This document shows, piece after piece, positions 49,446-60,500 of a DNA stretch of 64,000 nucleotides; the stretch's first letter is position 1; each line of letters begins with the position of its first letter. This DNA comes from a virus, in the IMG/VR virus record IMGVR_UViG_3300032073_000007, positions 32,001 to 96,000 of that record; one strand, written 5' to 3'. A program made the translations under genes and the position numbers. The notes beneath the pieces are model-generated. The model worked only from the letters and a program-made list of their open reading frames with translations, did not search any database and had not been told where the DNA came from.

Positions 49446-50204
49446 ATGAAAATAGCTATTTGTATGTGGTATGATGGTAATGTCTATGAGTATGGAGATG
49501 TTTGTCGGGAAATAAATAGACTCTACTGCGCGAAGTATGGGTATACCCTTATAAAGTCGAGTCGCAGGGCATACAAAAATAGACCGTCAACTTGGGAGAG
49601 ATTTCCTCTTTTGTTAAAGCACATAGAAGACTACGATTATGTAGTGTGGATAGATGCAGATGCCTTCTTTTATAATTCGGCTCCCCCCTTAGAGGACATT
49701 ATAAACCATTATGAAAAAGATATACTATTAAGCGCAGATCCCGATAGATATCTTAAATCTGATAGCGTTAATGCGGGATTTTTTATATTAAAAAATACAA
49801 AGCAAGTAATCAATATCTTAACCAAATGGGCTGGAGATATGGAATTGGCGCAGAGATTTCAACAGGAGTTGGGCGTAGAGCTTGAGCATTGGCAAGAGGA
49901 TCAAGCAATGATAAGAGGATTTATCAGGTATAATATTGATGATATACGAGACTTTGCGAAAGTATTGCCTTATATGGAACTACAGCATTTCCAATTGCAT
50001 GAATACGCAATCTTGAAAAGAAATGGTATACTACCTTATGTTTTTCACGCCGCTGGGAGATCCTCTCAATTTAGATACCATGTATGTAAATCATATCTCC
50101 AACAAATAATAGGGAATCCCTTAAACCCGTTTATGGTGGACAACTTTCAAGATCGGCCTCACCCCCTTGGTCCCCTTCATCTAGGAGATCAGGATCAGAC
50201 TTGA
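49446..50204 (+). CDS. GT34-like glycosyltransferase
   Basis: WERF, WIDADAFF, VNAGFFILKN, WQEDQ, FHAAG. Confidence 0.75.
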   Translation: MKIAICMWYDGNVYEYGDVCREINRLYCAKYGYTLIKSSRRAYKNRPSTWERFPLLLKHIEDYDYVVWIDADAFFYNSAPPLEDIINHYEKDILLSADPDRYLKSDSVNAGFFILKNTKQVINILTKWAGDMELAQRFQQELGVELEHWQEDQAMIRGFIRYNIDDIRDFAKVLPYMELQHFQLHEYAILKRNGILPYVFHAAGRSSQFRYHVCKSYLQQIIGNPLNPFMVDNFQDRPHPLGPLHLGDQDQT

Positions 50205-50207
50205 AAT

Positions 50208-50236
50208 AAAATAGCCCCCTAAGTGGGGGCTATTAA
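50208..50236. terminator. Bidirectional terminator between convergent genes
   Basis: AATAGCCCCC-TAAGT-GGGGGCTATT. Confidence 0.65.
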
Positions 50237-50237
50237 T

Positions 50238-50729
50238 TTAAACTTCGTCATCGTCCTCTTCAACGGGATCTGGCTCTGGCTCTGGCTCTGGCTCTGGTTC
50301 AGGCTCTGGTTCAGGCTCTGGTTCAGGCTCTGGTTCAGGCTCTGGATCTACTGGTGGATCTGGCTCTGGTGGAGCGGTATCAGCCCACTCTCTAATCGCA
50401 GGGATCGCTGCAATGATCGCGTCCATAGCTTCAGCAGCTTCTGGAACTTCAGCCATCATCTGCCAAAATGGTTTGCGACCGTTAATGCGACTAGGGACAT
50501 TAATATACTCAACTCCCTCATTGTCAGCGGTAACAAGAACTTTTTCACTGTCACCATCATACGGAAGCATTTCAATACTTACAGAGCCTTCAGTCGGCGC
50601 TTCCTCCGCTGTATTTGGCACATAAATATTAATACTACGAAGCCAAACAGAATCAAATGTTTGTTCTGGCTTGGCTGGAACCACAAATGGTTCGTCTCTT
50701 GGGATTGGTTCTCCTAAATTGTCTGGCAT
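50238..50729 (-). CDS. Acidic protein with a (PE)n tail
   Basis: 163 aa, C-terminal PEPEPE tract. Confidence 0.7.
   Translation of the reverse strand: MPDNLGEPIPRDEPFVVPAKPEQTFDSVWLRSINIYVPNTAEEAPTEGSVSIEMLPYDGDSEKVLVTADNEGVEYINVPSRINGRKPFWQMMAEVPEAAEAMDAIIAAIPAIREWADTAPPEPDPPVDPEPEPEPEPEPEPEPEPEPEPEPEPDPVEEDDDEV
50269..50345. repeat. 6-bp tandem repeat encoding Pro-Glu
   Basis: TCTGGC/TCTGGT/TCAGGC units. Confidence 0.9.
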
Positions 50730-50770
50730 AGCTAATTATAGATTGTATTGTTAATAATAACTACACTAAA

Positions 50771-51463
50771 TTACACAAAAAAGGATTTTAAATGACCAAC
50801 TCTTAATTTAGGCACAACCAGAGGCTTAATTTCTAGCTTTTCATAGACATTTTTACAAAAACTAACGTCTTCAAAGCTTAAATCATTAACTGTCATTTTT
50901 TCCTCTTTTTTACTTGGGTGGTTGCAATCTGGAATATGAGCTTTATTTAAGGGGTAATATGGGTAATCCATCTGTTCATAAATAGATCTATGGACTTTGG
51001 TAAATCCAAATCCGCACCAATCTACTTCAACTAACTTATTTGGTTCTTCTTCGCCTAATTTATCAAGCCATTTTACTGACGTAAAAGGCATATGGAGATT
51101 CTCTCTAAAATAATCCTCATCCCAATTGCCCACCATTGCTTTATCTCCGTAATCAGACCTATACCATCCAGTAACAAACTTTTTATCTGGGGATATACTA
51201 AGCATATGTTCTATCTGCTCAATATTAAATTTTACGTCAGAATCAATCCAAAAGAGCCACTCCGCTTCTGGCGGGGAGGTATCTGCAAATCCACCACCTC
51301 CTGTTGCCAAGAAGTTTCGAGCGAAATTTAAAAACAACCCATTACAGGAAAAAATAGCAGAGTTATTTTTATGACACCAAGTTTGCAACTCTAAATATTG
51401 CTCGAAACACTGTCCTTGAATTCCCCTATGATCAATAGGGATTAAAAATACACAATTTAACAT
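50771..51463 (-). CDS. GT-A fold glycosyltransferase-like protein
   Basis: ARNFLA, LFWIDSD, CGFGF, FEDVSFC, VGHLK; TTGATT-17-TATAAT-6-ATG. Confidence 0.7.
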   Translation of the reverse strand: MLNCVFLIPIDHRGIQGQCFEQYLELQTWCHKNNSAIFSCNGLFLNFARNFLATGGGGFADTSPPEAEWLFWIDSDVKFNIEQIEHMLSISPDKKFVTGWYRSDYGDKAMVGNWDEDYFRENLHMPFTSVKWLDKLGEEEPNKLVEVDWCGFGFTKVHRSIYEQMDYPYYPLNKAHIPDCNHPSKKEEKMTVNDLSFEDVSFCKNVYEKLEIKPLVVPKLRVGHLKSFFV

Positions 51464-51506
51464 CAACACATTATAAGTTATGATGGTAGCAAAATCAACT
51501 GCTTTG

Positions 51507-54500
51507 TTAGCCTGAGTATTCTATATCGTCAATTTCTATCTCAAGTTTTCCTATGTCCTTGCGTTCTGCATAAACAACATAGAAATAATTAAGAGGAGTT
51601 TCTGTATTTGAACCTATAGTTACTTCTCCATCATCCGCGATTGATTCAACATAAAGATCTTGATTTGGACCTATGGCTGTAATATCTACTGTCATCGAAT
51701 CAATATGGACTAGACCAATCCAGTAATCAGGCATCTCAAGTATATTTGAGGTGCTTTTCCCTCGGAAATATACACCATTTTCTGGACCCTCGATACACGC
51801 ATGGAGTAACTGCTTACCCTCTTTTGTCGGGTGTTTTATTAAGAAGCTTTTTGATGAGCCTACAATAGAACCGCCAACTTGAAGTGCATAAGAAGCGCTT
51901 GTTACTCCTATGCCAACGTTACCTTGAATAATAGCTCCGTTAGATGGGGCAGTGTTCCCAACATAGCTAGCTCCAACAGCTATGCCTCCAGATACGTCTA
52001 GTTTGTTAGCTGGATTATTTGTTCCTATACCAACATTACCGTCTTGCTCTATAGAAAATCTTTCTCCACCAGTGGCACTATTGATATGTTCATAAATCCT
52101 AAAGGAACCCCTGCCACTACCACTTCTATTAACTCCTATACTCCATCCATAGTTAGTAACTGTGCTTGAAGCGAAGGAGATACCTTGCCATCCAGTATTA
52201 TCAACTGTATTAGTAGATTCTAGTCGTATTTGACTAGAAGCCCATTGTGCAGCCACACCCATCGGTGCTATTGTGTTAATGCTACCTCCGACGGTCAGCT
52301 TTTGAGATGGACTTGCTGTCCCTATACCAACTTTATTATTTATAACCGTCCCACCTGAATTAACACCAAGTAAGATATCATAACCTGTTCCTCCATCATT
52401 ACGTATTCTTAAATCATTACCAGCGTGGTTGAATTTCCACAAGTTACTATTATCACTGCGACCAAGCTCTAATGATTCGTCGTTACCATTTGTTGATTCA
52501 AATTTAGCAGTTCCTTGGTATACATGAAGTTCCTGTTCTGGACTCGTTGTTCCTATACCAACATTACCTGATAAAGTTGCCCCACCTGTTATAGAAACGC
52601 CTGTGCTTGTTGTCTCAAACCTTTTAGTATTATTATAGTAAAGTTCTACAGCATCGTTCTCACTTGCATTTATAATTAATTCGTCTGTAGAAGCATTATA
52701 AACTCTAAACTGATTTGTGGATAAACGTAATCCACCAGACCCTGTATCATTTATATAACTATTAGAGCCATCGTGGTAGATTTGGAGATCGTTACCATGA
52801 CCGAAAGTTATTCTTCCGAAACTAGTGCTAGACGAATCAAGTAGTTGAATATTACCACCAACATAAATACCTGTAGAAGTTGTCTCTAATTTTGCAGAAT
52901 TATTATGGTATAAGTTTACCGCACCGCCTTGGTGAGCAATCAACATAGAAGAACTATCTGCCCCCAGTAACCTTAAGCTGTTGCTTTGTAAATTGAAATT
53001 ACCTGTCCCAGTATCTTGAATATAACTATGGTTACCATCATGGAATATCTGGAGATCCAAGCCAGTTCCAAAGATGGCCTTCCCGTTATCTACAGCAGTT
53101 AAAGCAGTAGAGGAAGTTGTTATTACGCTTCCAGCGGTTAAATTATTAGCTTGTGCAATATTTACGTTACCTGCAAAGGTTGCATTAGTTGATGTATCTA
53201 AAGTTAAAGCAGTAGTATTACCTAGTATAAATCTTAATTCTCGAAGGTTATTTGAAGCGTTTACATAAGTTGATTGAATATAACTATAAGCAGAATCATT
53301 TGTGCCTATTTGTATTGCTGTTCCACCCGATCCATTATGTATTGTTAAACCAGTAGACGCTACATTGCCAGAGGTTGTAGGCGCACCATTGGAATTAATT
53401 GATAATTTACTAAACGGGCTAGTTGTTCCTATACCAACGTTACCTCCGTTAAACCAGCTATTTCCTGCGGTATCAATCCTTACGTCTTCTGTTCCTGCAT
53501 CAAATAACGATAGCAAACCTTTATCAAGATTACTTCCTGTTCCTCTTGGGATTATTCTTGCGACACTATAATCCGCTGACTTCAAGTATATCTCCGCGCC
53601 ATCACCTTTAATGTCTAATGTTGCTGTCGGACTCGTTGTTCCTATACCAACATTGCCTGTGTTTGTTATACTTAATCGGGCATTAGTTCCTAAAGTAGTA
53701 TTGTCTGCTATTTCAAAGGTGCTGCCATTAACACCTAACGCAAAAGTATTGGATGAAGCGGCTAATTTAATTTGAGGGCGTGAATCTCTTGAGCTTATTT
53801 CTACTGACCCACTACCGCCAACGTCACGGGTAAATTTAGCTAATGGCCCACCAACACCTCCTCCAGTTACCAAAAGACCTGTCCCAGCAGTAGCGTTATC
53901 GTCGATGTGAAATTTAGTTGTCGGACTCGCTATTCCTATACCAACATAGCCGTCAGATTGCTTCATAGAGATAAGACCTGTCAGTGATCCACCTGTATTA
54001 TATCCTTGAATTTCAAAACCTGTTGTATCGTTGTTTTGTATTTGGAAAGCCCCGAAAGTGTTATTGTAGATAGCTCCCGTGCTTGTATTTCTGTTAAGTC
54101 CTATTCTACCACCGTTGGCGTTTTGTATTTTTACATTACCGACTCTAACGCTACCATTTACTTCAAGCTTTTCATTAGGAGTAATTGTTCCTATACCAAC
54201 GTTGCCTGTAGGTTGAAAAATTGTGTCGGCTACTGAATTTATCCTTAAATCAATGCCATCTGTGGTTATAGTGCCTACAGTTGATTCACTCCCGACTGAA
54301 CCATATTTAAAGTGCATGAAGCCAGCACCAGATGTATTAATTGTAATATCACCGCCAGTTACATCTAACCTAGAGTCAGGAGTCGCTGTTCCGATACCAA
54401 CGTTGCCGTTTGTTTTGAACCTAGCAATTTCAGATGATTCGATTTCAAAAGCTAAGTCACTATTGTTAATGATTTCCCAATCAGATCCACCTCTTCTCAA

Positions 54501-57500
54501 ATGAAGTCTTGCTTCGTGGGTTCCAGCATCTTCATGAACTGCAATCGTTGTATTAGCGCCATTACCGTAAACTTCTAGCTTCCCAAAAGTCGGACTAGTT
54601 GTTCCGATACCGACCTTGCCAGCGTTAAACCAACTGTCTCCGTGAGCGCTTAACCTAATATCCTCGTTATTAGAAGCGTCTAAGATAGATATCTTTCCTG
54701 AACCTACCCCATCTAAAGAATGATTAATTTTGACAACGCCATTTGAGTTTGAAAAATGAGCTATATCTACACTTGTAGTTGCAGTCGCAGCCACTTCTAA
54801 CTTAGTGCTAGGACTAGTCGTTCCTATACCAACATTGCCGTCACCTTTGAGCCGCATGACTTCAGCGCCAGTGGTATTATTTCCATTAGAAACACCTAGA
54901 GCCATGTAGTTGTCTGCTACAGTAGAGAATTCCTTGGTTCTTATGTAAGAGACATAATTGGTTCCATCAAATGTAAATTTGATACCACCTTCACCAGTCC
55001 CTTTATTTAGATTTAGCACATCAGTGCCTCCACCTGATCCCTTGATCTCCAGCTTGTTAGTCGGACCAGTTGTTCCTATACCAACGTTACCCGCCCCTTC
55101 ATTTAGCACTAAAATACCGCCACCACCATTACCACTGTTAATGTAAGATCTAGTTTCGTCTACCCAAATTCTTATAGATCTACCAGCAGAAGCAGATAAA
55201 ACACCTATACCCGCTTCATCAACATTAGTAGCTTGATTAACTTGTAAAGCTCCAAATGCATTAGGATTATTAGAGTTGCCTACTTGAACATCCCCGTCTA
55301 CATGTAAATTTGCGATAGGATTCGTTGTTCCTATGCCAACGTTACCGTTAGTATCAATACGCATTCTTTCATTACCAGCATTTGTAGTGAAAGTCAAAAA
55401 CCCTCCTGTGGAACTACCTCCTCTGTAGAATGTTACAGCAGCGTTCTCTGTGGTATTATAATATAATCCATGTTTAAAAGCGTAAGCGTTACTCCCGTTA
55501 CTTGTGCCGTTGTTATAAGTAGTTAGCCTAAATGCAGTTTCACTACCATTTATTAAGCTCATCCAAGCAGCGCCAGATGTAACAGAAACATCTAACTTAG
55601 CACTTGGACTAGTTGTTCCTATTCCAACACTATTAGTCGTAGTATTACCATTGTCAGTTACTTCTTGGAGAGTTGCGCTTCCAACTTGAGAATCTACATA
55701 ACCTTTTGATGCTGCATCTGTAGAGTCTGTTACAGTGTCTATACCTTGGATACGTCCTGTTCCACCTAATGATATATTCCCACTGTTTACGGTAAGCCCA
55801 GTGCTTGTAATGGAACCCATAGCTGTAGCAGCAGAACCATTCCAGTATTCAAAAATATACCCAGCACCTGTGTTTGTGCTAGTAAACCTATGATGTTGGC
55901 CACTAACGGCTGGAACTATATCTAAATGTCTAGATCCGCTAGCTTCTTCTAAACGCAAAGCCGCTCCTTTTACATGAAGCTCCTGCTGTGGATCTTCTGT
56001 TGCTATACCGACAAAACCAGCATTAAAAGTCATGTGTGGATTAGATCCATCTCCATCTGCGAAAAGGTGTGTTTTTGATGAATCATCATAGAGAGCGAAT
56101 CTGAATCCACCCCCTCCTGTATACTTATAAAAACCTCCAGCGTTAGAGTCTAACCTAATTCTAGTGCCTACCACATGTAGTTGATTCGCTGGATTAGTTG
56201 TTCCTATGCCAACATTGCCAGAAGAGTCGATACGCATACGTTCTGAACCATCATCTAACCAACGTAGTCCCTGATTTGAACCATCAACTTGCATTTCCCA
56301 GTAACCAGAACCATTAGTCGCACGGTAACCAACATAAGCGGAAGTATTGGTGCTCTCTGTTATTACTCTCTCTGTTGTTCTCGCTGATGATATATGTAAT
56401 CTACTTGATGGACCAGTTGTTCCTATGCCAACGTCACCATCGCTTTTAATAAGCATGGTTGTGGTGTTCGCCGAGTTGTGGGAACTACCAAACTTAAAAT
56501 GAGTTTCTGAAAAAGAGTGGATATGAGCTATGTCAGCAGTTGAAGCTTGGAAACCAACATTCCTACTGGCATTAAAATGCATTAACCCGTTATAATGATT
56601 GTTATCTATCTTTTGTGCGGTCCCAGAATTTGTATATAAAAGATCTGCTGAAAAAGTATTACCATTATCAGTTACTTCCTGCAAAGTATCTGCGCTACCA
56701 ACTTGAGCATCGACATACGCTTTGTTTGCTGCGTCTGTAGAATCTGTTACAGTATCTATACCTTGGATACGTCCTGTTCCACCTAATGTTATGTTACCCC
56801 CGTCTACGGTAACAGTGCCTAAAACTTGTAAGGTGTTAGTCAAGCTTCTTTTTATATGGACTAGATCGGTCAGTGTAGAACCAATTCTTCCTCTAAACTC
56901 TAGTCGATCATCGGCTCCATTATAGTTAATATCAAAATTAGTCGTATTAGATACTTCTGAAAATATAATTGTGCCGTTAGGATCAGTGTTCGCTCCAGAA
57001 TTATCGTATAATGTAATAGTCGGGTCCGTCTTAGCGATTGTTAAGTTGCCTGTAAGAGTTCCACCTGCTAGTGGCAAGTAACTTCCAAGACCAGACGTAA
57101 TAGCATTATCAACGTAAGTTTTACTCGTAGCGTCAGTCCCTGATGAAACAGTATCAATACCTTGTATTCTACCTGTCCCACCTAATGTCAAACTACCCCC
57201 AAGAGTTAAATCTCCTGCTTGAGTTAAAGTCATAGCGGTTTGCATACTAGCTCCACTGCCATTGCCGACCCTCCACAGCCATGAACCGTTGTTGTCGGAT
57301 GTATTACTATCCCATTGATCAAATCTAGTAGTCATATTACCACTAGTTTCATCTTGTCTATGCACTAAATGTGCATTCCTGTCATCCACATATGCTCCCC
57401 AATATTGATTACTACTTCTACCAATTTTTATTTGAGGTTGAGTCGTTTGGACTTGTGCATTAGTAAATACCTGAAGACCTGCGCTCTCATCTGTATGAAG

Positions 57501-60500
57501 AATATTTAAACGCGCATTACTTGCGTCCCATTCCATGTATTCTCCCGAATCATTACCATAGAATTTGACATCATATCCCGTATCATCTACGCCAACTTGG
57601 ACGGTTCCGTCTACATGTAATTTAGATGCTGGGCCAGTTGTTCCTATTCCAACGTTGCCGCTATCGAACATTAAGGTCAGAAGGTTACTAGAGTCTGTAT
57701 CATTATTAATTACAAATCTGTTACTTCCTTCTAATGCTAATTCTATAGTATCATGTCCACTTCTACCGAATTTCATTCCCGTAGAAGAAGGTTGATATAA
57801 ATGCAGTGGCGCTGTCGGACTCGTTGTTCCTATACCAACTTTGCCAGAAGAGTCAATTCGTAATCTTTCGGAGTTATCTGTAGTAAAAGCTAGAAAATCA
57901 CTTGACTCATTTCCAACTATTCTGACTCTGCCTATGTTTGCGTCTGCTGTTGACCAAGTTATTCTCTGACCGTCATCTAATCTTATGTTGCCACCCGAAA
58001 TATCTAGTTTTTCTTGTGGACTAGTTGCTCCTATACCGACCTTATCTGAAGTTAATATTATATCTCCTGATGCACCAGATTGTAAGTATAAATTTTGGCT
58101 ACTAGAGAAGTAGCTAGATCTAATTTTTTTTGTTGCTATACCTTCATTAGCATCTACCCTAACTTCTCCGTTAACATGGAGTTTTTCTGCTGGGCTATTT
58201 GTTCCTATACCAACGTTACCAGAAGAGTTAATACGTAACCTCTCTGTCGGATTATTTGAGTTAGTTCCATGACCAATAATGAAGTTACCAGATCCATCGT
58301 TGTAAATTCTGCTATCTAAACCTCCAGAAGGAACGACAAACAACATATTAGGAGCTGCCGCAGTTATAGATAATGTGCTATTAGCAACGTTAAGATTATC
58401 ATCAAATTGAGATGTTCCCGCAACCTGCAACTTGGTGGACGGATTAGTTGTTCCTATACCAACGTTATTATTAAGTCTATTTATAACTAAAGCGTCTGAA
58501 CCTAATTGTGTGTTCCTAATGCGGAACATGTCGTTAGTAGCTCCTCCAGTATATTGGTTTTCTAATTCCCAAGTAGTGTATGTCCCTTCTAATCGAAGGT
58601 GTGGACCAGAACTAGCTGACACTCCAGAGATACCGAATTCACCAAAAACGGTATTTGAAGTTAGATATTTAGAAACAAATGGAAGCTCTAACTGTGTCGT
58701 CCACCTGTCTGATAAATAATTTATAGCTGCTACTTTTACTAAATTTGCGTCTGTTGTTATTGAAATCTCAATATCAGTTAAGTAGTTATTCGTCGATATT
58801 GGAAACTTTATTACCTTGTAACCGCTATTGGTAGATACGTCTGTTCCTGTAGAAGAATAATAAACACCACCACTTTTATGCCTTAAACTTATAGCCGTGT
58901 ATGCATGGTTCGTATAATAGAAAGATATATAAACATTGCCTTGCGGGTAGGTGATACCATTAGACGGGACTCCTTGTTGACCAGCTACGTTTACATTTAT
59001 GACATTAGTAGTGTTAGTAGGTAAGTTACCTGCCTGATCAAAGCCCCCATTAAAGAAACTTGGGCTACCTCCAGTCACTGTGAAGCGTAGATCTGCTTTA
59101 TAAAAGACATCAGACAATTCATTTAGCTTAATTCTGCTCTGTCCAAATACCGAAACAACAGAGCTGTATTCTAACGTATCAATGCTAGCAGTGCCAGCTA
59201 CGTGTAATTTAGAAGACGGATTAGTTGTTCCTATACCAACGTTGCCTGCACTATCAATAACGAAATCTGCTGTCTGACCATTGCCATTTACAACCTCTAA
59301 AAGATTAGCAGAGGTGTGGACATTTCTCGCTAGTAATTGTATAGCTGTTACTCCATTTGCGGCGCTAGAAGCTACTTGAGCAGGACCGTTTGTTTTTTGG
59401 AAATGAAGTTGTTGTATTGTAGATCCAAATTGTATTTCAGCAGAGTTACCTCTTACATAACGCGAAGTATCAGTTCCAAATTGAAGTGTTCCGAAAGATG
59501 TGCTACTCGCATCTTCAATTATCCCGATACCTTTAACATGAAGAGTTTGAGATGGATTAGTTGTTCCTATCCCTACTTTACCGCCGTCATCTATAACAAG
59601 TGGCGAACTTGAATAATCTCCACCTATGTTAAATATAGCTTTATTATTAGCATTATCATAATTTATAGCTAAACATTTATTAGTGCTAGCTTCGGAGCCA
59701 ACATAAATAGATGAAACTCCACTAGTTCTATCTTGACCAAAAATTGCTTGGTTTTGGCTGCTTCCTGCAACCGAAAGAGATAGATCTGGACTATCTGTTC
59801 CTATACCGACATTACCATCAGAATCAATCCGCATGGTTTCAGCAGAAATGCCTGTGCCATTAGTAGAAAAAATTAAATCATTATCTGTATTAGATATAAT
59901 AGAACCCCTACCGCCAGCAGGATCTCTAAACAACAAACCTGCATTATAAGAGTTGGAGACTAAGAAATCTATGTTGTTATCTTTTGCTTCGGCAGCGGTG
60001 CTGATAGACAATGCCTCGGCTGGGGCGTTATTACCTATTCCTACATTACCGCCAGCGGCTGGCATCAAAGATATATCAGGGTCACCAGCCCCAGCATTTG
60101 TTACTATTTCAAACCTATTAAATCTTGAGCTTATCCTAGCAATGTTTGCACTAGCTACACTACCATCAACTTCTATGTAATTAGACCCAGCATTTTGGAA
60201 TCGAGCAATACCGCTTCCTAAATGGAATTTAGTTGAAGGACTATCTGTTCCTATACCGACATTACCAGCAGTTTCGTTTAGTAATAAATCGGCAGTTGGG
60301 TCGATGCTTAGATCTCCAGCGTTTGTTGTAATCTTTCTATTGCCAAGACCACCACCAAAAAATGTAAGGTCATCTGCTACAATATCAACACCATGAGCGT
60401 TGTTAGGGTTGGTGAGCGTGAATCCATCCGCTGCATCCATTTCGATTTTGGAGTTAGCTGCCCCTTTAATATCGTTAGTCCCTATATCAATACTGCCTCC

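Noticed and set aside
50223-50717. Trp-rich WLWFRL plus-strand ORF
   Set aside because: Antisense reading of the Pro-Glu tandem repeat.
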